From Callorhinchus milii (lineage: Eukaryota), in contig NW_024704750.1 in the NCBI RefSeq assembly GCF_018977255.1, positions 11,718,001 through 11,782,000 on the forward strand: a DNA stretch of 64,000 bases. The letters are read 5' to 3'. Both the position numbers and the translations under genes were made by a program. This document shows, in pieces, positions 1 to 15,100 of this stretch. Under the pieces are notes generated by a model. It saw only the letters and a program-made list of their open reading frames with translations. It ran no database searches and was not told the DNA's origin. Numbering within the stretch: position 1 is the stretch's first letter; each line of letters opens with the position of its first letter.

Positions 1-1824
1 TTCTCTACAGAAGAGGCTAGACCATAAACACCATTCAAGAAGTTACTTGCACAATTCCCAGTACTATACACACCATGAGAACTGAACTGAGATGAACCAC
101 TTATTCATTGTGGAGGTTATGGAGAGATTAAAGGAAACCTAGGGAGAGAAAAGGGACAGCAGGGCAAACACAAGTAAAGTTTCTAAAATGTTTTGTTTTA
201 ACTTTTAAAACTATTTTTATTTATTTGACTATTGTAGCAATAATAGTTATCCCAATGTTTCATAAAATTCTTTGCTTACTTTTTCACTATCATTGCATGA
301 ACTGAAAATGTATGAAATTGATTGGTCCATAGCCATGTACCTATGGATTGATGTTCTTTGTGTTAACAAAATGCATGTATTTTCATTGTTTATCATTCTA
401 GTTCTCATTAGAGTCAATTCTATTATTGTATTTTATTATTGTCTGTAAAGTCCAAGCACTCTGGGATGCTACTTTGCATGAGGTGCAATGCAAGTTGTTG
501 TTATCCATTATTCTTTGGAAAGCAAAATATCATTGTTTCAATAGATTTTTCTGGCACTAGCCAATTAACTGCAAATAAATTAAAAAGTACAATTACAAAG
601 TAAATTAGTACTCTGATAAATGCTTTGTTGCACATCTGCTTTCATTTGTGCAGCTCACTGATGTGTTTGCTTTGTAAGTACTTGCACTAAATCATTGTTG
701 ATAGCTCACGAGAGAAATGCTCAAAATTCACAGCAAGACAGTGCAATTAATTACAACCATTGAAGTCTACAGTAATAATTCTGCCTCATGTAGGAAGATT
801 AAATCATTTTACTTTCTATGTACTTCATTAAATGATCTGAAGAATGTATAAAATCATTCACAGGTTGCAAAAATGCTGAATATTGATTACATTTGATGAG
901 CTCTGATCTAAACAAAGAGCTCTCACAGAGTATACTTGAAAGATTAGAGCGTTATAAAGTAACAAATAATTTAATTACCAGTGTGCTTGTTAATGTAAGC
1001 TTCCCTGCAGAGAGTCTGACAAATCATGGGTCTGTAATAGACCTGTGGGTTTCACTTAATTCTATTACGGTTTAAAAATATTTCTCACTGTCCTTCTGTC
1101 TATGGTATCAAGTTTCTTTTATGTATTCTAATTATTTAATTCATATAGAATAATTGTAGAATATGTGTAAACTTTTAATTAGGTGCCTGTCATTTGCAAT
1201 TAAGATCTGTGTAAAACAAAAACAGCAGCAGTGTTGTACTGTACTTATTGATGATCTATAGAGAAGAATGTTAGATACATGCAAACATTGAATAGCAAAA
1301 TAATATTTAATACAAATTTTGCTTTTTCTGCAAAACAACCAGATCAAGTTTTCAACAGAAAATGCAACAGTTCTGTACTGTAACTTCTCAACTAATCCAT
1401 TGTCTTAAAACTTCTAAATTATCTGTTCACAAGTGAAAATGTAAACTTAATGTTTGCAATAATTCTAATCTCCATGAAATATGTCTGTTTGTTTTAAGTA
1501 GAACATAATCTAACCATGCTATTCCAGATAATGATTTTCTCATTATCAATTTTCCATTATAAATGGGAAAAGTCCACAGACTACAAATGAGTCAGAGAAT
1601 ATTGTATGGAGGATATGACTTTGATCTCCATGTGTGGCTTGACCTAATCAAACCAAATATTTTACAAATTAGAGGTGAAAGAAGGGAGCCTGAACACAGA
1701 TGTGCAGGTGCAGCATCCAAAGGAATGCCACTGCATAAATGATGCTTGAATTGGTTAAGTCGGTGGGTAAAGAAGTTTTTTTTTCCAGTTGTGCTACATT
1801 CTAGGACAATCAGAATATTGTCAT

Positions 1825-2105
1825 ACACCCCACCAGTGGTGGGTGAGCTTTCAGCCACTCTGCTCCTGCTATCTGGACCTACGTCCAGGAGTTTCCCGAA
1901 CTCGTACCCTGCCAACCCACTTTCAAAAGAACCAGATCAAGTTTTCAACAGAAAATGCAACAGTTCTGTATTGTAACTCTTTGACCGTACATTTGGTCAT
2001 TTTTCTCCTCTCCATGCTCTGAGCTTCTTCACTATCCCCCCAGGTGCTCAGGCAGCAATGTAAAGTACTTTGAGATGCCCTCCCGACTTGAAAACCTCTA
2101 TTTCG
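1825..2105 (+). mobile_element. Degraded L2 3' end interrupted by a 49-nt local copy
   Basis: gctttcagccactctgctcc...ctttgaccgtacatttgg...gtaaagtactttgagatgccctcccgacttgaaaa. Confidence 0.55.
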
Positions 2106-2504
2106 CTAAAGTATATGGTATCATAACTGCTTGCAAATAATCAGTCAATTTTTCAAATTAATAATAAATACACGTACGTCATCCTCTGAACGTATCTCCA
2201 CGTGTGAGAAGATTCCATCCAAATCCCCACTCTCACTGTCCCCCCACCTCCCTGCCTCAATGCTGGAACTGCCTCAATGCAGTTCTCATTCTCTGCAACA
2301 GCCATGCTCATTCTTTTTATCTCAGAAACTTGTACATCAGAAAAACTATACAAGTTATATTGGACTTTAGCACATCAACTTGGGCGTATTTTCACAAAAA
2401 CTACCTTTATAGAATATTGGTAACATTCCTCGAGAAAATACTTATGCCGAGAAATTTCACCTGGGTCAAGATTTACTCTGAGGAGCATATTAGATCCTCC
2501 AGAA

Positions 2505-2630
2505 TTTGACAAATAGCAAGTAGAATAGTGCAGTGAGATCTTTAACATCCACTTGAACAGGCAGATAGGAGCTCAGTTTAACATCCAATCTCAAGGACTG
2601 TACCTCCAACAATGCAGAGCATTGCAGTAA
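2505..2630 (-). mobile_element. Deu-domain SINE fragment
   Basis: gatctttaacatccacttgaacaggcagatagg..gtttaacatc is the reverse of the core seen at ~28940-29000. Confidence 0.6.
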
Positions 2631-5600
2631 GGGGGCCATCAATTTTAAATAGTAAATGAGCAAATGGCTGTAGTTAGGATATGCAATGCTCTTATGGGAG
2701 CGGTGTTTGAGGTAGAATCCATATGGCCTGCAAGAGAGAACTAGATACAGAGGAGTATTTTTATTATCACTGACATCCTTTACTTATCAAATGTTGAATA
2801 CTGTTTCACAGAGTTAATTCTGATTTATTTACATACATAAACATTATTTAGAAAATGGACAATGGCTGCTTGTGTTATCACAATGGTGTCTTACATATTT
2901 GCTTGTGTTATCCGATTTAAAAAGCTGCTTAGATTATTTTAAATTAATTTACACCTGTATGTATTGTTTCATTGTTTAATTTATTTTTGCAGTGGAAAGT
3001 TGAATTTAAATCTTTTTGCCCTGGTCAGATTTGACAAATAAATACAGAATTTGCAGTCTAAAAGCCTACTTTTTTTTCTTAAATTTTTTACTGGGTGACC
3101 ATCCATCTGCTTTAGGCATTAATGACATAGTTTGTGGGATTAGATGAGTTTTGTCAAGCACATGCCTGCAATCTCTGAGATTTCAACAGAAATCGCATGA
3201 CTGAAATTGTGCATTGTAACGTGGGATTCAGCCAAAGAGCATTGCATCAAAATATAGAGAGAAAGGAAAGTTACTAATTGCACTTTTAAGATTTATTTGC
3301 ACAATTAAACAACCGATGCATAAATCCTAGTTGTACTAAAGTAATTCTAATAATTTCTCCCAAATTGGCCAGAACCAGAAATATGAACTAATTTCATTGC
3401 TAACAGAACATAAATCCTCAAATCGTTGTGTGGTCACATCAAACGAATGAGCTGACCCAAAGTAGGAATGATTTTGGTGGGTTACAATGATTTCAGAATA
3501 GGTAATTAGTTGTGCAAACTTGACATCAGGGGCAGAAAAGGGTGTTACTTCAGCAGATTTATTTTAAATCTGTGTGCATGTTATTTCTGCTTATGAACCT
3601 CAAAAATCTTCTGTTCACTTGCAGTATGTGAGAATGTTTTTAAAAGTGTTATGTGAGTCTTTTACACTTAATGCATGTGACTTTAATTCATCTAATCCAT
3701 GAAGTCAACATGACTATAATAGGTAGAAAAATATAATGTCACAAAAAGGTAAATGTTGATTACAAATTCTTAGAATCAGACATATATTACCTGGAGACTA
3801 TTTATAAGTGAAGCTCAGCATTTTCTGAAATATTTTACCTGGTTTGTGGCCGATGATGGTTTAATATTGTCCCAAATGTAAGTATGTTGTGTGGTGTGGA
3901 ATTGAATACGCTATAAATATATCCATGAGCTGTTTAAGAGTTCTGACACCATCATTGCTTCATGAAACAGTAAGTAGTAGATTTGGGTACCTCAAGGTAG
4001 CTGAATAAAATCAGTTGCTCCTTTCTGACGAGCAGACCAGAGCCTGTCTGAGAGCTGATTAGTTATCTAATTGAAACATGTATTACAATATGAGGAAAGT
4101 TGTTTAGAAAAGAACTGTTTACTGTGATTTGAACACACTGTTCCAGAAGTGAAAACTTGCCATTGTTGCTGCACTTCCAATATACTGGCCTATTTTTCTT
4201 TAAACATTTTAATAGACTCTGGTGCTATTGAAATGAGATTCTGTTGCTGTTTTCTACTTATTTATTTTCATTGATAAGATTAACCAGGATTATTTATTTT
4301 GTTGGGCGATTCAATCAAAAGCTAAACTTTAAATAGTTCATGAATGCATAACGATTTCTGTTTGGCTTTATGCTGGCATTGCATCAACACCATATGGAAC
4401 TCACCAGATACTCAACCACTCTCCACAAAATTGCACCAAACTGCACCACAATAAAAGACTTGCGTATGGGTGTGTTGTATGCCTCCCAGGCAGAACCCCA
4501 TAGCCTACAATTAGTCTATACATTCATAGGTCAAAAAAAAAGTATTGTCTTAGCTGGTATATAATTATCTGTTATGATGAACTGTGATTCTGAGGGCCAT
4601 TGTCTTTGAGCCAGGATCTGTGTATAGAGCAGTTGTCTGGCTAGCACCCAGGAGTGGACTTTCTATTTAGAGCCTATGCCTCAGTGATTTCTGTAGTCTC
4701 TTGCCGGCTGGGTGAAATACAGAGTGTTTCTGCATGATTTCTTGAGTTGATGAGAAGCAATTATGCCTTAAATGAAGTCATTCATGTCTGCATTTTTGTT
4801 TGCATATCTTTTGGCGTTCACCTGTTATTAAACCCTTCTTTAACTGTAAGCTACTTTCAAACAGATTTTGTCTTGAACACAATTTTGTTATCAAAAGAAA
4901 ACCATATGAACTCACTGGATGTTTTCCATGAAGCTAACCAAGCAGAAAGTTTTAAAAATCACACTTGAGGAGACATAAGGTGTGCCAATTTCAGAGGAGA
5001 GAAAAGTTTCTGTAGGTTATTATTTGTAGTTTTCATCTCTGCAATTTATTTTGTACTTTTTTTAAAAAAAAAGTCAAACTAAATTTGCTTTTTAGCATTA
5101 CACTTACAGATCTCTTTGCTTTTCTGATTATTTATACTTAGAACAAGCCATCCTTACACTATTGACTGACATGATTTCTGTAACTATAACTTGTTATATT
5201 TTGACAGTTATTTAGGATCTTTATTTTTAATGAAAGATCAAATTGCACCATAATAACTTAATTCTGGAATATTTCAGTAGGTACTGGTTTATCTTTGAAG
5301 GAATTTATTAAACCAACATCAATTTGCTTCCTTTACACATTGGGTGTCTAATTTTATGATTGTGGTTTCCAAGGTGATTGTGGGCACATTGTGCCTGGAT
5401 GACACTGGTGTCATAAAAATGAGTGAAGAATAAAATGCACCAAGTCATGCAAATTTACAGGCCATTACTGCTAATATTTCTCATTAAGTACGCATATCTT
5501 GGTCAAAGTTTGTCTCGGTCATAATTTTAGGAATTTCATGTTGCTCATACTGCTCCATAATGGGAGTGTGTTATTTGCTACAAATGTAATAGGAAATTAT

Positions 5601-8600
5601 TTTTGTATTAGGTTATATAATTGAAGGTTAGATTGGAACATAATATAGTTGCTTTCAAAATGATCGCTTCCTGCCTTTTTTTTCCTGATTGTCTTCGCTT
5701 CTCTCCTGAAGGCATTGACTATTGATGCGTTCAGTTCAATCGATGCCAGTACTTTTCTGGGACCATCCCATAGTGACACTTTCTTCATATGTGAGCTAAG
5801 ATGATGAGGCTATCACACTGGAGCCTCATTCTTTTCTCATTTCACTTCCACAAGAGGTCACTGGACAGTGCTAAGCATGAGGATATGGCTGGTTTTCTCT
5901 CCCCTCACAACCATGGGTGATGAGGCCAATTGCAACACTTTGGGTATCATCCTAACTGAGATCAGTTAACTCAACATGGTCTTGAATGGTCTTGAAACAG
6001 CTGTTCTCAAATAAATAGTGTCAGATAACTGAGACCAAAAATCTAAGGACATATTCTGCAGCCCATGAGTACGTGAAGAGGATTTGAATGAAGTAGTTAA
6101 GCTTGTGAAGGAATTATTTTGATTATTGCCACTGGCAGTAACTGCACAAATTGCTATCAATAGGTGTGTTTGGGCTCTCAAAACTGCTGTTAAACATGAA
6201 AAGAAACGAACTATGAATGGCATTTAGTTGCATGACTGAACTATCTACTGGCACTGCACAGTAGGTAGACAGTCGTAGCGGATCTGTGTTAAGGTGGCCC
6301 CTGCTGTCTACTACACATCTGCAAATTCACAGGATCAACACTGTCTTAAGCGATGAAACCTTGTGGCTGACAGCCGTGAAGGCTTTTCTGTTTAATGTTT
6401 CTAAATGCGGGACTGAGACTATTGCACGGTTGCTCCTTATCTGATATACAGTAATGGCTGATACTTGCTCCCAACATTCACTTCTGAAGGGCTTTGAGCA
6501 AACCCTTCTATGTTCTATGATGCCAGCAATTGATTTTCTCCTAGCAAAGGATTTTCTCTCCTTCCTGACAGAGCAATCTAATGACCCATAAAAAATTGAT
6601 TTCTGAGAAAATTCTGAGACACAACCAGAAAAGTTAGCGTTTGGCAGAACTGCTTCCCATAGCTACTTTTTAAAATTTGGAACCTTTTTTTTTTGAAAAA
6701 GGAATCGTCTCAAAGAATTTTTCCCTGAACAGTCTACAAAGAGAAATTACTTAAGCTCAATTATATAGCCCTAAACAAACCAAACATCTCCCCAGTTTGT
6801 GATAGGCAATTACACTAAAGCACGTGATATAATCCCTACATTCTCTCAATTATTCCATGGGTCCCAGTAACCTTCCCATCATCCTATGTGCAGCAGCTCA
6901 CAGGACCAATCACCTCCTGCTGATCTCTGGACCCAAGATCCCCTTTAGCTAACTCCCTGACATTTCCATGAACTACACGGCTGAAACGTTATACAGTAAT
7001 TAATGTTGATCCTAGCACACACGCAGCCTGCAGTACAAATTAGGATGGAAAAGGTTATCATAATATTTTGCTAGTCCATTTGGCAGAGTTGAACAGCTCC
7101 CTGTGGGAGATGTGTAGAAACTGCATGTTGAAGTTTGTTTTGGGATTGCACTTTCAAGCTGCCTGCTAATTTTTAAAAGACACTGGAAAAACTTTAAGGC
7201 AAATAGTTGGTCATTCCTGTATTGTTTGAATTTAGCAGTTGGGTTCCTTATAGATTGCCTGAATTGCATGACCTTGACAGCAAATGCGTTTGTGTCACAG
7301 TTGAGGTAATGTGGCATGAAATCGTAACAGCAATATTACTGAAATTCCAAGCCCAACTAGCAGAGTTCAATTCCAGATACAACCAACAGCTGGAACCCTT
7401 CTCGCTCTCTACGATGTCTGAAAAAACACCCAAAGACTAAATAATTTAGATTAAATATTTCTGACCTGTATAATTGTTTAAGAGGTATTCAGTCACTAAC
7501 TGAAAGAAGTCAACCATCTGTGGAACCAAAGGAGGCTTTAATTGTACTTTGAAACTGACTTGCATTTGGTTAGTCGATGAATTATATTGTGTGAAGACAG
7601 TGACTGAAATGTACTGAATGAGGCTGAAGGACATTATTCTGCAACAATCTTGGTACATTTGCTTCTAAAGATGGACCATGGATTATAATACTTGGTGGCA
7701 TTTGAAATTCTATCAAAACTCCATCACATTACTTAGAAGCAACTGAACCATTTATTCTTTATATTCTGGAGGCCTCTTCAGAATCAATTGAGACTACTTA
7801 AAAGTCTGAGGAACTGTTTCATATTCAAAGACTGATTGGCTTCATGTAAAACAAAAGTTTATAATGCTATCCAAGCAAGTCATTACACCCTTCAAAATCG
7901 GTAGGTGCACAATAAAAAGTGCAGTGCTTTAGATTTCTCACCTAGCTTTTTTTTGTAACGCTAGTATTAATGGGTATACTTGTCAGTATAAAAATATATG
8001 GCTGTGGAAAAGTAGAAGAATCCCCGCTGCTTCTCTTCAACTGTGATGGAAACGTTTGACTTTACTGGTAAAAATACCTACAATTCATCACTCGTTATGT
8101 GAAGTCAAAATCTGCAATCACAACAGAGGAAAAGCTTCTAGTAATTTCTACAGAATATATCAAGCCTGCAGTTTGATTTATCTCATTTTTGATTAGAAGT
8201 TTTAATTTATTTTGCTGTTTTCAAGCTGTAAAATAACTATTTTTTTATAAATTTATATTTGTACTTCTATTGGTACTGACCAAAATTGATGTCTGTTTTG
8301 CAATTTGCAACCCGTTCACACAATTATTACAAATATCTGAAATAAGGAAACCCAGTAAATGCTCAGTAATTGAGCAGTCCAGTGGGTTTAAAACCTGTGT
8401 CAACAGCTTTATTTGGTCAACATTGAAAGAAGCCTGTCCTGTAAATTTCCAAGCATGTTGCGTTCAATACACTCCCACAGATAATAATCCTTGCATTTAA
8501 TATAGTGCCTTTCATGCTGGGGTGATGTCTAAAAGTGCTTTATAGGATCCAAGGAAAAGATAGGAAGGGAATAAAAAAAATGCTTTTTAATCAACCAAAA

Positions 8601-8874
8601 AGTCATTTAGAGAGTTTTCATTTCAATTCTACTTTATAATTAATATTAATATAACCTTTTGATGCAGAGTGGTATATCAGCATCAAATTAAAAATGCAAG
8701 ATTTTAAAAATGGATTTACTCCAAAAACACTGAATAAGAAATGTTCTAAGGTTGTGTGTTCTTTACTATGTTTATTGATCGTTCTCACACTTGCAAAAAG
8801 TGTGGTGCATTTAAATGATTCAAAAAAATTTAAGTCTTCTGTTAGATCGACAAACTACAAAAGTATAAATTAAA

Positions 8875-9100
8875 ACATAAGAATTGCTGGATGAAAAAAG
8901 GCCAAGGTCCATCTCGTTCGCCTTCCACCTTCCTGGCAGTCACATGCACATGTCCCGAACTACCTATGTACTATATCCCACAATGTTATTTCCCAGAAGA
9001 AAACTATCCAATCTGTGTTTGAAGGAATCAACACTTCCTTCTTCAAACATCTCCCTAGGGAGCCTGTTCCACAGAGTGTGTGTCCGGAGTGGAAAGGGAT
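8875..9100 (-). mobile_element. CR1-like LINE 3' fragment
   Basis: Reverse frame LWNRLPRE..EEGSVDSFKHRLDSFL; aacataagaa tail. Confidence 0.75.
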
Positions 9101-12100
9101 GGAGAACATGTGTGTTCTTATATGTAATCTTATATGTAATAATAGAATTTAAATGTTCAGAATGTTGCATCCTGCAAAGTTGACTTCATCATTGAGGACG
9201 AGCAAGGAATCCTTAAGGTGGTCAACTTACTGCTTGTTTATTATCTTCTTGAGAAATGTGTTGAATTCTGTTATGATAATTTAATCGCAAATGTTCTCCA
9301 GGCAAATTTATTGGCAAATGTTCTTTGCTCAGATTTCAATAATTAAAATCTTAATTTTTTTCATTGTACTTTCGACGGACCAGATTTACCGTAGAAAGGT
9401 AGCCTTAAATTGTTTACGATTTGCTTAATTTACTCTTGTCTTAAACTTCTGCATTATTGATGCCTTACCTGGGAAATGCTGTTGTGGGGTTGCGTTGGTC
9501 ACTGCCTGCCCTCTGGTGACTACATTGTAAAATGCATTTGTCTTTTTACTGCAAGCTTGTCCCTGCTTCCTGTTGCCGCCATTCTAGTTTGAGGGTATTT
9601 GTTATCCATGACCGCTCCACCTACCTCTGCATCATAGAGTATTCAAAGGATTTTTATGTAAGTTAAAATATTGTTAATAACAGCTGTCACAATGTGTACT
9701 GTGTACGCAGTGTGTATGCAATATGCATTACCTCTGCACAGTCTCCAGTTTTTGAATGTAAATCATTTTCCTAAAGATATTAATATAACATTGAAAGCAA
9801 AGATCAATCACTGTACATTAGACAAAGGAATTTCATTAACTGGAGTCAGACAGTTTGCTGTACTCTGTGAAAGGCATTATTAAATAGCTTTTTCTATTTC
9901 TTGCTTTATTGTTCATCTATCAGTGCAGCTGGATAGCTAATCTCATAGATTACATAGGTTGAGAATGCTTTTGCTGAGAGATTCTTATTTTTTAAAAAAA
10001 AGCTTGTTATGCATTGCTATTGATTAAGGTTTACTTGAAAAACTATTTCTAAATCATTGAATTTTAGGTTTCGTTTCCAATCATTTACCTCACGTTTTCA
10101 GATAAACACTTACTATTCTGTAATATCTGAGAGTAAATGCCACTGAATATGAAGAAATAAAAAATTTCAATTCAATATAATTATTTTAGCAAGATCCATT
10201 ATCCTGGCCTCAGTACTTGATGCTTTTGAAGCTTAACTGTATTTTGAACATATCAATATAACCTCAAAAGCAAAATCAATCATTGTACATGAGACAAAGA
10301 AATTTCATTAACTGGAGTCAGTTTATGGTACTGTTTGAAAGATCTAATTTTAGAAGAAACGATCAATTATTTCTATTATATACAAAAGTGATCATTACAT
10401 TTGCGATTTATTTTAATTTCCATACTGCCGCTGCTTTTTATCTATGTCACAGGAGGTTTTGTATGGTTCATGTACAACTTAATGTGTCTTTTATGCCTTT
10501 TGTCCACCAATCCATTAGGAATAATGCTTTGGCCAAAAAAAAGGTTCACAGTTCTGCTGATAGATAAATTGTGTGATGTCTGCACAGTCCATTTTCATCG
10601 GAATGCACACAAACTGCCAAGTACTTAAAGGTTTCACAAACATATCAAAAACACAAGGAAAGGGTCACTGCTCCTATTGCCGAATGTTTGTTATTTAATG
10701 ATAAAGAGATAATTAGAATGTGATTTTTTTTTCTCCGTATACTGCTACAGATGATGGGCGTACTTCACAGATGTAAAATGTTTGTTGTGAAGACCCATCT
10801 GTTTACAGGTGTGGAATGCCCTAGGGAGGAGCAAAACTGATATGCCTCTGCAGGTGCAGGTTCAATAACAGGAACTTACTCATCCTCTCAGTACTAATGC
10901 TCTATCATCCTCCAATTGCGTAAACTCTATCACATAGTCCTTGAATTGGAAAAAGGCGCTCTATTCGCATTAATCCCCACTTAAAAAGTACATAGCAAAT
11001 AAATTGCAACTTTGATGTTTCTTTAATGTATGGTAAATGTGGATTTTAACTGGAACTGTTGCAATATTGGCAGAATATTGTGATTTTAAACTAGTAATAA
11101 CAGAGATGGTTAAATAATAATCTTGGTTCCTGTACTGTTAATAACTGCAACCATACCCATAATTATGTTTTTAATGTTTCGTTTCTGTGATAATTGTCAT
11201 GTGGGGATTATGTTTTACAGTTTATTTAAGGCGTTGCCAGTTGTATACCTTAATATCTGTGGTGTATCATTCTGGCAGCAATTCAGATGGCTTGGTCTGA
11301 TGTAAATAAGAATTATGTGCGCTGAGTTCCACATCTCTTTCCACTCCACCAATGGCTCATTTAGTGAATGTTCTCTCTCCCATGCCAACTGATAGTCCAT
11401 TTCTAGTAAAAACCTGCTACCAATTTAACTCTTTGAAAGCAGATTTCTATGTATTGCCTTCATCATAATGCAGGCTTGGCTGGATTTCGAAAAGTTTGAG
11501 GTGCAAACTCAGGCACTGTTTCTTTTAATTAATCTCAATGCAACTGTAAATAGAATTGGCACTAAATGAACGTACAGGTGGAAGTGGCAAAACACACTTG
11601 CAGTAGGTGGCATATCCTAAACCAGTGTATAAGGCAAATTCAACAACTGAAGGGCAAACATGCAAATGTGCAGAATAACCTTATTAAATGGCTCTGTGCC
11701 CTAACGGCCTAATAAGTTGTGATATTTGAGAGACTCTGCATGAAGAGGACAAAGGAATCAAGAATTAGTTTGGAGATGTTAGATGAAATTCTTATTTGGG
11801 GTTTGTGGAAACAATCCACACCTGCAAATAGTTACAGGAATTGATAAAAGTAGAAGCCATTTTGTAGCTCACAAAAGGCCTTAAACATATCTCAATAAAA
11901 GACCTAAATCTTGATTACTTTTCTCCCTAATGCCAAAATTTTGATCACCATTGCCTAGAGAATAATGTGATGTGGCAACAAAATACATCTCAGATCTCAC
12001 TGAAAGCAAAAAGGTATTTGAATTACTTTGATTGGCCCCAGTTATTCAACACGATTGCTCAAGCTATACATGCTGAACAAACAATGCCATTTTCCCCCAA

Positions 12101-15100
12101 AAAGTGCCAGCGTATGCAAATGATGGAACAGGCAATAATAGAGTTTGCAATGATGGGACAGGCAACCTGACAATGTTAAATACCTTCTTGCCCTACAACT
12201 TTTTTTTAAAAAAAGTTTTTTTAAACATCCATATGTTCCAAATTTGCAAGAGGTACGGTATGCTACTGATGTCTGTCAATAAAATGCAGAGCTGACATAA
12301 AACTTTGAGTTATGATTTTGCTGCAGTTTTTGTTTTGTAATAATTATCAATTAACCTTTTCCAAAAGGATAAAGATCATCCAGAGTCTGAATAAGATACT
12401 ATTCCTGCATACTTATCCTGAGTTTTTATTTAAATCATAGTTTTACTCTAAAACTCAGGGGAAAATACAAAGAGCACTTTGTAATAGCTACAGATATACT
12501 GTAAAAGTCCACTACAATGTGAACTTTCTCTACCACAAGTATTGTTGTTCTTGCCTGTGCAATCAACTGTGCCTGTCTGAAAACACTCCTAACAAGATGA
12601 CCAAACACCCTTTGCTCCAGTGTCTAAATACCCTTGTTAAATCTATTATTTTTTATTGGAGTGCAAGAGTGCTACTGTGGTTTCAAACCTGATAAAGTAA
12701 ATCTTGCATTGTTCTGTATTAGGAGTTTGAATGTTGACGTTTGGGTATTTCTGTACTGAAAAATTAGTTACAATAATGTGCTGAAAAAGTTACTATTTCT
12801 CCCTCAAAGTTAACTCATAGTTTGACCCTGGGCAGACCTTTGGTAAGTTTGGTAGCGTAATTCTTCAGCATTCAGTTAAAGCTCAAATCAATGGTATTTG
12901 TTGTGAGCCTTACTTACAAGAAGTTGGTTACTTTGATCTGACAGCAGGATTAAGCAGATTCACTAATTCTCAAAGCCAAATGAATTATTTTACGGTTTCT
13001 GCTTTAATCTTTCAAAGTCAACAACATTACTTTTACTTCAGCTACCCTTTTCTTACACAAACTAGATAAAGGTTATTTTTTTTCAGTTAAGCAAATGTTG
13101 CATTGCATCTGGTTTGAAGTTTGTTAGTTTGGAAATGTAGGATGTTAGCTACTAAACGCAGTGTTCCAGTGGAGAAAGAAATCCGACAACAAAGAAACCT
13201 CATTTCCTTATCATTTGATCATTCCTTGGACATGAGTGCTTCACACCTTTTTGAGCCAACAGCTTCCTTGTACACCTGCTTACTGGTCTCATCAATTTTA
13301 TTTTAGCAAAGTAGCTTCCTTTCAGTTTGTCCACCAAAAGATGGCAAGGGGGATAACTGAGTCAAATGGCTAAGTATTCCCCGTCTTTATCTCAATCTCC
13401 TTGTTTGTTTTTGCATTGATGTATGTAATGAAACAAAGAGGATTTAATCATGTTAAACAAAAGGCTATTGGTACCCAGAGGGATCTCATTTACTTTGCTC
13501 TCAGTGTGCCAGTTTCATGTTGCACTTCTTCCTCTTTGTCGATGCACTACACTGAGTTTCCTACCTGAGGCTTAGAATTGGTAGGTGTGAAACTCAGCAA
13601 TTGTTTTGACAGGTGCTCTTTACCAAACAACAATGCAAGAGAGGCATCGCCCATGCACATGAACAGTAACCTCTGATATGCTAATTACTGTATTTACCAA
13701 ACTTTTCTCCTTAATGAGGTTTAGTAGCTTTGTAACCACTGACATGATGTGATTTTCGTGCTATGATTTGAATTTAATCCACTATTCATTTTGTGCTCAA
13801 TAAGTTGACCCAGCAGTAATAAGGTCAAAATACCTGGAGTGAGGAGGACTACATTAGTCACGAGTGAGTTAGAAAGGTCTTCCTCATGAGTGGCATTATC
13901 CACTGACTATTCTACTTGCACTGTGAGTCCAAAAAAACATTTTTTGTTGTTGTTGTTAGAGATTACTGAATGCAGTTTGACAATCCCACCGATTCTGTAA
14001 AACACCTTTCACCCCTCTAGAGTTATTTGGCCACTGGTAAAATCCAGTCAGTAACAATCTGAGCGGTTACAGACTCAAATAATCAACTCTTTTAATCACT
14101 GGTTACACAGCTACTGAAAACATTTGCTTTGGAGTATCAAAACCAATTCAGAAATGATAAATTCTCAATGAATGAGTTTTGAACATCACTGCCAAATGCA
14201 GATGTTGTAAATGATGGATTTAAATTAACACTGCTCTTTATACCTTCCTTATTGGGTTCAGAAATATGGGATTGATGATGAGAGAATCAGACCTCTGAAT
14301 CATTATTTCATCAATATTTGCAGTTCTGCTGTCAACTATAAATTACTTCATGTTTGGGACTGTTACAACTAAAAAAAAATTTAATCACTTAAATTTGTGC
14401 TGCAGAAATCGATGATTCAACAGCAGATTGGGAAAGAAAATATGAATCATGTATAGATATGATCTTGATGTCTAGCTGGAATAATATGAATTGTTTTGGA
14501 ATGTATTTTTACTCGATGGAATAAAAGCTGAAAATAGTATGAATCTTCTATTCTTTTAAGCAACATTCTTGTTCTCTGAAACATGACCCGTTTTGATTTC
14601 TTTGTGGAATGAGGACATAGCTTAATGGGAAGCACAAAGGTGCACGATATAGTTGACATTATAAGCATAACTTTTTGGGAGAATTGAAACCAAGAAGCAA
14701 TCCTGTTTGTTTAAAGAACATCTTTCTTCTGCTGTTGGCAATGTTCCTACCTTTTACGTTGCAACTCTTAAGGGAATAGATGAGATGTCAACTAATACAG
14801 GTGTTCGTTGAACCTGAGGCATTTAGCAGGTCCTACAAAAGATAATTAACATTTTGTTTAATTGCTGCCCTATGACCCTTTTTCTTTCCCATTTTAATTC
14901 TCAATTTCTTAAACAAAAGTCTATCCCTCCAGCTATGTTAGCATCAGAAATTGACATTTGCTGCTTCAGATTACATGAACTACTTTACCCTGACACCATG
15001 GCATTCTGATCAGAAGCAAGTACTTCCCTTTCAGTCATCATAATCAGCCAAAGGAAGTTTTACTAGCTTTAATAGAACAAAGTTTTAATAGAACAAAATT

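Noticed and set aside
1337-1978. Direct repeats as LTRs or a CRISPR-like array
   Set aside because: Only two copies, no TG..CA termini, no spacer periodicity; vertebrate context.
5760-5990. Possible ancient SINE relic (ctgagatcagttaactca motif)
   Set aside because: Looks repeat-derived but too degraded to assign a family or boundaries by eye.
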